Part shown: positions 23,482 through 34,834 of the stretch, one piece after another
Layout: each line of letters starts with the position of its first letter
Position numbering within the stretch: the first letter of the stretch is position 1
Assembly (NCBI RefSeq): GCF_001194135.2
Contig: NC_068992.1
Location: 39,932,659-39,968,832 of the forward strand
DNA: 36,174 bases
Origin: Octopus bimaculoides
Lineage: Eukaryota
Direction of reading: 5' to 3'
Notes under the pieces: generated by a model
Seen by the model: only the letters and a program-made list of their open reading frames with translations
What the model was told of the DNA's origin: nothing
The model's database searches: none
Translations under genes and position numbers: made by a program

Positions 23482-25423
23482 ATGCCAGTCAAGGAAAATG
23501 CGGTACCGGTGTTTAAACCGAAAAGGAATGTACCGTTTGTGGCGTTGAATCAAGTTGAGAAGGAATTAAAACGATTGGAAGACCTGGAAGTAATTGAACA
23601 AGTGGATTACCCGGAGTGGGCGGCTCCTACGGTATATCTAAAAAAGAAGAATAACGAGGTAAGAGTATGTGCGGACTTCTCAACTGGGCTGAATGACTGT
23701 TTAAAAAAGTATAATTATCCGCTGCCAAATCCAGAGGAAGTATTTGCCAAGTGCAATGGTGGGGAAAATTTTTCCAAGCTGGATTTGTCTGAGGCCTACC
23801 TTCAATTACAGGTAGACGAAGAATGTGCTAAAGTATTAACAATTAATACTCATAAAGGTCTGTACCGTTTCAAAAGACTGCCATTTGGGGTGAAGGTTGC
23901 ACCAGCAATATTTCAGCAAGTAATGGATACTATGCTGGCAGATTGTGAGTTCGCGGTCCCATACCTGGATGACATATTGATTAAAAGTGAATCAAGGGAC
24001 CAGCATAGTGAACATATAGAAGAGGTTTTCAAACGAATAGGTGATTATGGATTTAAAGTAACGGAGGATAAATGTGAATGTTTTTGACTAAAATAAAGTA
24101 CTTAGGACAGGTGATCGATGAAAGCGGGCGAAAACCAAACCCTTCTAGGATTGACGCCAGTGAATATGGCATAGGAGCGGTGATATTGCATAAATTTAAT
24201 GATGGTAAAATCAAAGCTATTGCACATCCATCGAGAGTTCTGTTACCAACGGAAAGAAACTACAGCCAGGTTGAAAAAGAGGGGTTATCATTAATCTTCG
24301 CAGTTAAAAAATTCCATAAATTCTTACATGGGAGGAAGTTTACACTGCAAACGGATCACCGACCGTTATTGTCTATTTTCGGTTCGAAAAAGGGTATCCC
24401 CCACACACTCAGCAAACCGCTTACAGCGCTGGGGAATTACTCTGTTGAACTACGATTTTCAGATGGAGTTTTTGCCATCAATGAAAATGGGACACGCAGA
24501 CGGGTTGTCTAGGCTGATTCCAAAATATGAGGAACCTTTTGAAGACACGTCGATTGCATCGTTAAAACTAGAAAAGGAACTGAAGAATATTTTGTGCAAT
24601 GTAATACGTGATTTACCGGTAACGCTGGAAGAAATTAAATTGAAATCGGTAAATGATAGGTTTATAAATAAGATTAAAAATATGTTGTGTAACACAAAAA
24701 ATATAAATGAGTAGGTTCAAAGCACTATTCAGTATTTGATGAGGTATTATTATACGCGCAAAGAGTGATAATACCTGAAATACTGCAAAACAGAGTATTA
24801 AAAGATTTTCATGTTGGACATCCGGATGAAGAGCCTTATGAGAAGTTACGCCTATTGGCCAAATATGGACAAGCAAATTAAGANNNNNNNNNNGGATGAA
24901 GAGCCTTATGAGAAGTTACGCCTATTGGCCAAATATGGACAAGCAAATTAAGAGACTGGTACAACAGTGTAGGGGATGCGCGATGGCAGCAAGGGCGCCC
25001 CCAGTGCAGATACAGCCTTGGCCAAAAACGGATTCGACGTGGTCTAGTCTACATGTGGATTTCGCAGGACCATTAAATGGCTCCTATTATATCATTGTGG
25101 TGGATAGCTATTCCAAATGGCCCGAAGTGTGTAAATGTTCAAGGCCAACCACAAGTGTGACGATTGACTTCTTGGAAGAACTGTTCGCTCGGTATGGGGT
25201 ACCAGATACGATCGTGTCAGATAATGGGACACAATTCACAGCGAAGGAGTTCAAAAGATTCTGTAAGTCGGTTCAGATGAAGCATGTGTTAACTCCGCCA
25301 TACCACCCAAGGTCAAATGGGTTAGCGGAAAGATTCGTCGACACATTCAAGAGAGCTTTAAGGACGATCAGACGAGAAGCCTTTGAAGATACAAAAATTG
25401 ACAAAGTTTTTGCAGGTGTATAG
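23482..25423 (+). pseudogene. pol: Pol remnant: RT, RNase H and integrase (frameshifted; protease and RT-RH connection missing)
   Basis: RT: WAAPTV..KK, RVCADF, FSKLDLSEAYLQL, RLPFGV..APAIFQ, YLDD (23962-73). RNase H: DASEYGIGAV, EKEGL, TDHRPL. Integrase: HVGHP..YWPNM..CRGC, HVDFAGP, SDNGTQF, SNGLAERFV. Confidence 0.95.
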
Positions 25424-25949
25424 AATAACACCGAATCCAAATGCAGAGTCGGGTAGGTCACCCACAGATTCCATGTTTTCCAGAAAAATTCGTTCTATTT
25501 TTGACAAATGGTTGCCGAGCAGGAAACAGAAAATAGAAAATTCGGGAAGTAAAACGAAATTTTTTAACACAGGTGACAAAGTGCATTTTAGAGTATATAG
25601 TAACGGAAAACAAGACTGGGAACAAGGAAGTATAACGGGACGGCTGGGTAATGTGATGTACACAGTAAAAGAACCGAAATATGAACACAGAAGGCATTTA
25701 AACCAATTAAAAAAAAAAAGATATATCAAAAACCAAGAGAGGCGAGAGGAACAAATAGATATATGGTATGATTTGTTCAAGGTCCCAGAACCACAAGCGA
25801 AAGCGGAACTGACAGGTAGGTCGAGTAGGAAGAGAAAACCTACAGAAATGATGGAAATAAATGCTAAGAGAAAAAGATATGTCAGTTTCTCACCGAGGAA
25901 ATAAAATTGATAAATTGGATTTTCTTTTTTTGAAGAGAAAAAAAAACTC

Positions 25950-25961
25950 AAAAGGGGGAGG
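25950..25961 (+). promoter_or_regulatory. Polypurine tract (aaaagggggagg)
   Basis: Immediately precedes the TG of the 3' LTR. Confidence 0.9.
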
Positions 25962-26103
25962 TGTTGTGTCTTGCCCCCAGGCGAAGAAGTAGGATCTCCC
26001 AAAACATATAAATAGAGGTAGTCTGGCCGTGGTAGGAGGGTTTAGTAGCGGTTGAGTAGAGATCATCCGAAGGTGCTAGATAGCAGTAGCTTGAGACATA
26101 ACA
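25962..26103 (+). repeat. 3' LTR (142 bp)
   Basis: By-eye alignment to the 5' LTR gives about 8 substitutions plus 1-bp and 11-bp indels. Confidence 0.95.
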
Positions 26104-26736
26104 ATAAGAATGATACTTTCTTGTAGAGAACTCTCAATAATAGCATCGATATTCAGAATCTCATTGGCACCAAGCTGGAAAAATACAAGAAATGATTACA
26201 TTTACAATAACAACATAGTTTTTAAATATAGACTCCACCAGGAGTGTCAAACATATTTCGCTTTGTGGGCTGGGCTGAAGAATAAACTAAACCTTATGGA
26301 AAATATAAGGATAATTATTCTTAAAAACCCTATTCATAATGGAGGCCATAGTAAATAAATGAAGGGGTCAATATACATTATAACAACTGTATTAACAAGA
26401 AAGAAAAAATGTGAGGTGTTAGCAAAGATTGTGTGTACAGATGTGTGGGAAAAACTGATCCACATTATACACATTCAGTCTTAAGAATGTTTACAGTAAG
26501 AACAGAGATGGAAATTCTCCAAATGCTTGCACACTGTTCTTGCGATGACAAATACTTGATAGAAGACTTGTACCGTTTAAGCTACAGAACCTTTCAATAT
26601 CATTTATATCACTAGAATTTACTGATCTGATTAATCGGAACAGTGTTAACTCCAACTCTCGTCGGGCCATGACTCAGATGGACACACAAGCAATGTTTGT
26701 TTTACAGAATTCTTAAAATCAAAAAGTAACATATAA

Positions 26737-26889
26737 GCGCAGATGTGGCTGTGTGGTAAGAAGTTTGCTTCCCAGCCACATGGTTCCGGGTTCAATCGTA
26801 ATGCGTAGCAATTTGGGTGAATTTCTTCTACTATAGCCCCGGGCCGACCAATGCTTTGTGAGTGGATTTGGTAGACGGAAACTGAAAGA
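26737..26889 (+). mobile_element. SINE family C 5' part (runs into gap)
   Basis: gtggctgtgtggtaagaagtttgcttcccagccacatggttccgggttc..gtggatttggtagacggaaactgaaaga. Confidence 0.9.
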
Positions 26890-26989
26890 NNNNNNNNNNN
26901 NNNNNNNNNNNNNNNNNNNNNNNNNNNNNNNNNNNNNNNNNNNNNNNNNNNNNNNNNNNNNNNNNNNNNNNNNNNNNNNNNNNNNNNNN

Positions 26990-27023
<34 letters not shown>

Positions 27024-27030
27024 ACATACA

Positions 27031-27187
27031 CGATGGCCTCCAGTTTCCTTCCACCAAATCCACTCACAAGGCTGTGGTCGATCCGAGGCTACAGTAGAAG
27101 ACACTTGTCCAAGTTGCCACGTAGTGAAAGTGAACCCAGAACCATGTGGTTGGGAAACAAAGTTCTTACCTCATAGCCATATCTATG
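27031..27187 (-). mobile_element. SINE family C 5' part, minus strand
   Basis: Reverse complement of the same head and body as 26737-26889. Confidence 0.9.
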
Positions 27188-27304
27188 CATATACCGGAAT
27201 TTAAAAAAATTATACTTTTTTCATGTAAACATTAGCCGGAGGACCGGACTAAACATTGTCGCGGAACGGAACCGGCCAGCAGGCTTTATATTTTGGCACT
27301 CCTG

Positions 27305-27480
27305 CTGTAACAGTTTCGAGAGAATTCTCACACAGTTTCTGAAAGGTTAGCTACTAAAGAAGAACCATCAGCTCAGTGAGATCAATCGTATATAACATTG
27401 TGGAGATGCGCCGCATTCTGATGTGAAGAATATCTTTCTCATGACGTGATTCTCGTTCTTCCAAGCCTCATCATGTGTAA
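27305..27480 (-). pseudogene. Probable upstream continuation of the RTE remnant at 21470-22222
   Basis: Minus strand reads *ADGSSLVA (cf. YADDxALVA), located where the RT catalytic motif is expected relative to the 22222 side. Confidence 0.45.
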
Positions 27481-27505
27481 CAGGGCGGTTACGAGGCCGA
27501 GGTAA

Positions 27506-27724
27506 ATATTGGATTTAAATTTTGGCACAAGGCCAGCAATTTCGGGGGATAGTGTAAATAGATTACATCGACTCCAGTGTTTGACTGGTACTTATATTAT
27601 CAGCCCCGAGAGAATGAAGAGCAAAGTCGACCTCGGTAGTATTTGAACTGAGAACGTTGTCAGAAGAAATGCCGCTAAGTAGTTTTTCCGGTTCTTTAAC
27701 GATTCTGCAAGCTCGCCGCTTTGA
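27506..27724 (-). mobile_element. SINE family A with 9-bp TSD
   Basis: ccgaggtaa at 27497-27505 and 27725-27733; family A reverse complement between them. Confidence 0.9.
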
Positions 27725-27733
27725 CCGAGGTAA

Positions 27734-28700
27734 TCTATACTATATATAAAACAGAGATGTGTGTGTAATCGCTTTTCACGTGAAATCGACTTCACCAAAT
27801 GCTTCCATACTTGTGATGCATGAATAATTTGACCTCGGATAAATGTTAGGCTCTTTATTTGATTTTTTTAATTAAAAATAAATAATATTGCTCTATATTT
27901 AGGATTCACTTCTTTAAAAAGGTTCCTCGATGTCAACTTCCGGTATTGACGTAACAACGGCAAAAAGCTTCACTCTCTATTTTGTGTGTTCGTGTGTATG
28001 AGAAAGAGAGAGAAAGAGAGAGAGAGAGAAAGAGTAAATACTACATACACACCGCTCTCTCACTCTGTCTCACACACATACACACGCACACACACACCCC
28101 GTGACTCACTCACACTCTGTCTCTTACAAACACACACATACATATATGTATACAACCATATTTACAAAGACACACGTGTGTATGCTCGCGCGTGCGTGTT
28201 TGTAAGAGACAGAATGTGAGTGAGTCAAGGGCTGTGTTGTCATATGCATACATCCAAAGATGTATGTATATTTATGCATGTACGTATACATGACAACAAA
28301 CCTCTCTCTCTCACTCACACTCTGTCTCTTACAAACACACACATACATAAATGTATACAAACATATTTACAAAGACACACGTGTGTATGCGCGCGCGTGC
28401 GTGCGTGCGTGGGGGGTTCCACAATCGCCATTTATTTCAATTACTCTTGTGAGGATATTCACGTAAATCATTTTTTTCATTTAATCTCCATTTTAATTTT
28501 CGTAAAAGTCTCCAAGTACCAATGAGGCTTTTTGGCACATTTTCAATTTTCCCCATTCATGAGAGGCGCCCAGCCATCATTCATCTGAGAGTCCATCTAT
28601 AGAATGTCCTCAAATTTCTATACAGCATATTTTGCCTTTTTTTTCTTCAAGTATATAAGCAACAATTTCATTCCCGAGCAACGCCGGGTGCCTCTGCTAG
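27734..28700 (+). mobile_element. Non-autonomous Helitron
   Basis: 5' TCTATACTATATATAAAA after an A; 3' GC hairpin cccgagcaacgccggg (28673-88) then CTAG (28697-700) followed by T; no TSD. Confidence 0.75.
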
Positions 28701-28969
28701 TTTTAAATAATTCCGAAACCAGAATACGGCCTTTTCTGATTGTCATTACTGGACTGAAGGGTGTAGACTTCTGCCCTTCAGCTACTTGATCGAGCATCCT
28801 TTTGTGGAATTGGTGAAGTAAATAAAATTGTGCGGGCAACCAAACTCTCGGAGCACATCTTAGAATAAAATTTTCACTTAAACGTGCGTGCGCGCGCGGC
28901 CGACATATATACTGAACATTTAAGTGAGGTATTCCAAGCATAAGAGGCAGCAGAAAATTGTACAACAGA

Positions 28970-29240
28970 GGAAGGAAGAGGAGGAGGAGGAGGAGGAGGA
29001 GATGGAGGAGGAGAAGGAAGAGCTGAGGATGAGAAGGAGGGGGAATCGAAAAAGACGATGAGAAGAAGGAGAGAAGGATGAGATAGGAAGAAGGAGGAGA
29101 AAACAAATTGGAAGGAGTAGAATTAGAAAACGAAAGAGAAGGAGGAGGAGATGATGATGGAGAAGAAGAAGAAGAAGAAGAAGAAGAAGAAGAAGAAGAA
29201 GAAGGTGTGGTGGAGGATGGAAGAGAAGACGGGAAATGAA
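28970..29240. repeat. (GAG)/(GAA) purine-rich tract
   Basis: Directly visible. Confidence 0.9.
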
Positions 29241-29759
29241 GCAAATTAGCATTAATAGCAATAACAACAACAACAACAGCAACATATAAAAGACGTCGAA
29301 GGAAAAACTAAGAACGAAGAAGGAAAGAAAACAGAAGCAAAAATAAATAAATAAGAAAAGCATAAGAACAAGAAGACGAATATGACTGGAAAAAACAACA
29401 ACAAAAAACCTCCCAAAATAATAGATCTATTGATTAATTGATTTGGTCAGCCGAGAGTCATTAATTAGTAGACAGTCCTAATTATAGAAATACATGGGTT
29501 TGAAACCGCTAATTAAAATTATCGCGAAAACAAGCTGACAAAAAGTTTTCCAGAGGAACTCACAGAAACCTTTGGAAAGTTATAATTAAAGAAATACGCC
29601 CGGAATATAGAAGCGATACCATTTACCATTTTGATTCTTTTGAACAAATTCTCTCAATAAAAAATAAATAATTCTTGTAATTCAAGAATTCTTTTGTTTG
29701 AGATGTTCCGTCTTATTGTTGTTATTCAAGAGTCGGGGGTTTGGTGGATGGGTTGGGCT

Positions 29760-30400
29760 GGCAGTTGATGTTGTTGATGTTGTTGTTGATGTTGCTGTTG
29801 ATGCGGTTTAATTGTGGTTTATGCTGCGGTTAGAGTTGTTGCATTTATTATCGTTGTTGCATTTGTTACAATAGTTGTTATTGCTGCTGTTGTGGTTGGG
29901 AATATTTCCTATGCCCTTCATTTTGTTATTGTTTTCTGTTCTTCTTTTCATTTTCCTGCTGAGGCTGGTGTTGTTGTTGTTGTTGTCATCGGTGGTGGTG
30001 GTGGTGGTAGTGGTGGTAGTGGTGGTTGTTCTTGTAGTATTGCTGACGTGAGCAATAATGCTGGTGTTAGAGATGGTGTTAATATCATTATTGTTGTTGG
30101 GGGTGGTGCTGGTGATGTGGGCGGTGGTGGTGATAGCGACGGCGGGGATAGCGATGATGGTACTGAGGCTGGTGATAGTGCTAGGGGGGGGGGTGATGGC
30201 GGCGGTGGTGATCGGGATAGTGGCAGTGGCCGCCGTTGTCTCAGGATACTGTGAAATTCGTTATTATTGGCGGTGGTGGTTACGGAGATGATGGTTATTG
30301 CGGTAGTGGTTGTGGTAGTTGCGGTGTTAGTAATGATGATGATGCTGATGATGATGATGATGACGACGACGACGATGATGGCGGCGGCAGTAATAATGGA
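29760..30400. repeat. Degenerate (GTT)/(GGT)/(GAT) triplet array
   Basis: Directly visible. Confidence 0.85.
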
Positions 30401-30544
30401 GAGGGATTGTCTTAATATTTCCATTTCGTTTTCCATTGTTAGATTCCATCTTTGCACATTTACCATTAATTTGCTAGTTTTGTTTATTTGTTATTTCAAT
30501 TATTTATTTTATGTATCGTTTATATGTTTGTTGTAGATAGTTAT

Positions 30545-30800
30545 ATTTGTGTAAAGGAGTGTGTGGGCGCGCGGGAGCGTGTGTGCGCGTGTGTGCGTGT
30601 ATACATACATACATAGATATACATACATATATATATACACACAAATATATATATATGGTTCTAGATATGTATACATGTGCATACATGTATATATCGAATA
30701 TACGTTTATGTATGTGTGTATATATACGTACACACACACACACACACACATATATACACATGCATATATGTGTGTATGTATATATGATATTTATATCATA

Positions 30801-30858
<58 letters not shown>

Positions 30859-31153
30859 CACAAATACATATATATATATATTGTGTATTTGCACGATTCA
30901 ATAAAAGTGTGTATATGTCTATAAACATACATGCATGGGCGTGTGTATATGTATGTGTGTAAGTGTAATTAGCAGTGTGCATGTGCTAGTGTATGCGCGT
31001 ATGTGCATATTCTTGTATGTATGTATGTATGTATGTATGTATGTATATATGTGCGCGCGTGTGTATGTGTATGCATGCATGCATGTATGTACATGCATAT
31101 TTAAAAACTGTCTATTGGATTCAGAATTTGGTTATGAAAAGATGACGATGGTA

Positions 31154-31216
<63 letters not shown>

Positions 31217-31450
31217 GTCGTGGTGGTGGTGGTAGTAGTGGTGTGTTGGTCGCGGTGGTCGTGGTGATTATGATAATCATGGTCACGATGGTGGTGATTG
31301 TGGTGATTGTGGTGGTGGTGGCGATGATGATACGATGAAGTAGAAGAGGAAGGAGAAGAAGAAGAAGAAGAAGAAGAAGAAGAAGAAGAAGAAGAAGAGA
31401 ATGATGATGACTGCGGCGACGACGACGACGACGATGATAATGATGATGGA
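30545..31450. repeat. (TA)/(GTAT), then (ATG)n, (GGT)n and (GAA)n microsatellites
   Basis: Directly visible. Confidence 0.9.
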
Positions 31451-32065
31451 ATACTAATGATAATTTCTTACATTTAAATAAATATTGATTTCCAACAATT
31501 TAATGACGGTTGAAATAATAAAGTGCGTGCTTCAGAGAGGATGATGGAAGGCGGAGGGTGGGGGAGTAGGAGGAAGAAAGGGGGGAAGCGGAAGNNNNNN
31601 NNNNNNNNNNNNNNNNNNNNNNNNNNNNNNNNNNNNNNNNNNNNNNNNNNNNNNNNNNNNNNNNNNNNNNNNNNNNNNNNNNNNNNNNNNNNNNNNNNNN
31701 NNNNNNNNNNNNNNNGAGAGAGAAAGGTGGAGGTTGAGCTGCGTTTAATCTATGATTACAATAACGCCAACAACCTAATAATAATAATAAGAAGAAGAAG
31801 AAGAAGAAGAAGAAGGAGAAGAAGAAGAAGAAGAAGTGAAAAGGGTGGGGAGCCAGAACAATGACGGAAATTATGCCAATCAGAATAATTTGTTAAGCAT
31901 TTGCTATGATTTGCTCCAGCATGGCCACACCCCACTTGCTGGAACTAGTAAAATGTATCAAACATTAGTGGAGCAGCGTAAAGGTCAATGCAACTCACAC
32001 GTACATATACACTCGTAAATATGTACGCATACATACGTCCGCATATATATTCTTTGTAAGCCTAG

Positions 32066-32350
32066 TATTTATTCTATCGATCTGTTTTGCCGAACCGCTA
32101 AGTTATAGGGATGTAAACACACCAACATCGGTTGAGAGGCGATGGTGGTGGGGACAAACAAAAAATACCCAGACACACACACATATACACGACGGGCTTC
32201 TTTCAGTTTCCGTCCACCAAATCCACTCAGATGGCTTTGGTCGGCCCAAGGCTATAGTAGAAGAAACTTGCCCAAGGTTCCACACAGTGGGACTGAACCC
32301 GGAACCATGTGGCTGGTAAGCAAGCTTCTTACCACACACCCACTCCTGGA
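32066..32350 (-). mobile_element. SINE family C, near full length, minus strand
   Basis: ttttgccgaaccgctaagtt..cgacgggcttctttcagtttccgtccaccaaatccactc..gggactgaacccggaaccatgtgg..cttcttaccacac. Confidence 0.9.
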
Positions 32351-32876
32351 CCTATGCATCTTTCCTCCTCAGTGTATCCTTATGTTTTAGTCCCATCATA
32401 TAGCGTTTCGATAAATTAGGAACAATAAAATAAGGACTGCTGCATTCATATCAACTAGGTTCAATATCTGAACACTTAACGTCGCCTTCATGGCCGCCAT
32501 GACCATCATCGCCGCCATCAGTATCAGAATAAAAGAAATAATACACACACACACAATATATTACATTACATTTTGTTATATTTATTATATTAAATTATAT
32601 TTATTATATTATATTCTGTCTAATTCTTGTTTTCGTCTGTTGTGGAGAAAGTGTTAATCAGTGATAGTATAAGGTGTATTTAGTGAGAAAGAAATAATTT
32701 AATAGCAGTTAATCAATAGTTGAAAGGTTGTAAGCATGTATAATTAATTATATATATACATAGAGATGCATACACACGTATATACATACACACATGTATA
32801 TATATATGTGTGTGTGTGTATGTATATACATACACATGTACATAAATATATTTATTATAAATATTATGTAAATATT

Positions 32877-32932
<56 letters not shown>

Positions 32933-33425
32933 GATGTGTGTGTNNNNNNNNNNNNNNNNNNNNNNNNNNNNNNNNNNNNNNNNNNNNNNNNNNNNNNNNN
33001 NNNNNNNNNNNNNNNNNNNNNNNNNNNNNNNNNNNNNNNNNNNNNNNGGTAGTGGCGGCGGTGGTGGTGGTGGTGGTGGTGGTGGTGGTGGTAGTGGTGC
33101 GGCGATGGGTTTTGTTTTGCTATTGTTCTCTAAACAGCTGTAAAACTGTCAGCATATATTCCAAAAAGCTCTAATTAATAGATATTTGCCTACTAATCAA
33201 TGTATACGGACACGAACACATATATACGCATAGACATATGCAAATACACACATACACATGCGCGCAGGGATAGATGAGTAAGAAGACAGCGAAATCAAGG
33301 CGAATATATCTATTCATGTGCGTGCGTATACATACATACACAGAAACACACACATAGACAATTACATATTTATATATACATATACAAATAAATACATATG
33401 TATAAATACGTATGTACATATAGAC

Positions 33426-33464
<39 letters not shown>

Positions 33465-33469
<5 letters not shown>

Positions 33470-34790
33470 ACTTGGGGATGGTCATATTGCCAGTTTAGCC
33501 AATAAAAACACACGCACTGTATATTTGGTGTTCATTTTNNNNNNNNNNNNNNNNNNNNNNNNNNNNNNNNNNNNNNNNNNNNNNNNNNNNNNNNNNNNNN
33601 NNNNNNNNNNNNNNNNNNNNNNNNNNNNNNNNNNNNNNNNNNNNNNNNNNNNNNNNNNNNNNNNNNNNNNNNNNNNNNNNNNNNNNNNNNNNNNNNNNNN
33701 NNNNNNNNNNNNNNNNNNNNNNNNNNNNNNNNNNNNNNNNNNNNNNNNNNNNNNNNNNNNNNNNNNNNNNNNNNNNNNNNNNNNNNNNNNNNNNNNNNNN
33801 NNNNNNNNNNNNNNNNNNNNNNNNNNNNNNNNNNNNNNNNNNNNNNNNNNNNNNNNNNNNNNNNNNNNNNNNNNNNNNNNNNNNNNNNNNNNNNNNNNNN
33901 NNNNNNNNNNNNNNNNNNNNNNNNNNNNNNNNNNNNNNNNNNNNNNNNNNNNNNNNNNNNNNNNNNNNNNNNNNNNNNNNNNNNNNNNNNNNNNNNNNNN
34001 NNNNNNNNNNNNNNNNNNNNNNNNNNNNNNNNNNNNNNNNNNNNNNNNNNNNNNNNNNNNNNNNNNNNNNNNNNNNNNNNNNNNNNNNNNNNNNNNNNNN
34101 NNNNNNNNNNNNNNNNNNNNNNNNNNNNNNNNNNNNNNNNNNNNNNNNNNNNNNNNNNNNNNNNNNNNNNNNNNNNNNNNNNNNNNNNNNNNNNNNNNNN
34201 NNNNNNNNNNNNNNNNNNNNNNNNNNNNNNNNNNNNNNNNNNNNNNNNNNNNNNNNNNNNNNNNNNNNNNNNNNNNNNNNNNNNNNNNNNNNNNNNNNNN
34301 NNNNNNNNNNNNNNNNNNNNNNNNNNNNNNNNNNNNNNNNNNNNNNNNNNNNNNNNNNNNNNNNNNNNNNNNNNNNNNNNNNNNNNNNNNNNNNNNNNNN
34401 NNNNTCTGTACATCTTATACTATAGACCACATTTCTGGTTTTGCAGTTCGTTTGTGGGCTAAATCTACATACGATACAGTTCCTATCAGTGCAGGGGGTT
34501 CTACTGAAAGGGTATGTTCTACTGATAAGGGATTTGATAGGGTTGCCTGGCCTTTCAACAACCTTAATTCTTAGCTTAAGTTTGTCTAGGGCCCTTCTAA
34601 AGCGGTACGCCAGTTCGCCTCTAGGGGTGGTGTCGACGAACATGACGCTTTGGTACTTGTGGCTATTGTACCATGAGCTTGCCTTCCCTATTTTCTTCTT
34701 AGTTCTTTCTATGGTGTTCCATGATTTGCTCCTATAGAGTGGGCAAATCCCATTCCTATCGTTGCGTTTGATTGTTTCAAACTTCTTCAT
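33465..34790 (-). mobile_element. Penelope-like element, 5'-truncated (RT-thumb/linker, Cys-rich region, start of GIY-YIG domain; centre in gap)
   Basis: Open frame 34405-34790: LYRSKSW..ER..K..KASSWY..SVMFVDTTPRGELA..IKVVERPG..PF..C.D..C..C....C..RNVVYSIRC. This matches the PLE Cys-linker preceding GIY-YIG (VVYxIxC). Confidence 0.85.
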
Positions 34791-34834
34791 ATACATACAT
34801 ACATACATATTTATATGTACGTATGTATGTACGT

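Larger units (their letters stand above)
22403..26103 (+). mobile_element. Ty3/Gypsy LTR retrotransposon with both LTRs, internally deleted
   Basis: Two TG..CA LTRs, TSD ataag (22398-22402 and 26104-26108), PBS, PPT, and domain order gag-RT-RNaseH-IN. Confidence 0.97.
22223..27304. mobile_element. hAT-like non-autonomous element (composite, hosting Gypsy and SINE insertions)
   Basis: Left ends caggaatgtcaaa (22223) and caggagtgtcaaa (26239); right end tttggcactcctg (27292-27304). Flanks tagtaaca (22215-22) and ctgtaaca (27305-12) match at 6 of 8 positions. Weak hAT C-terminus-like reading (WRISISVLTVNILK) on the minus strand near 26480-26540. Confidence 0.6.

Noticed and set aside
24824-24953. 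Exact 60-bp direct repeat within the integrase region
   Set aside because: The copies flank a 10-N gap and are identical, which is typical of an unmerged contig overlap.
28618-29244. 208-aa minus-strand ORF
   Set aside because: Half of it is a (CTT/CCT) repeat, and it crosses the Helitron 3' end; no domain recognised.
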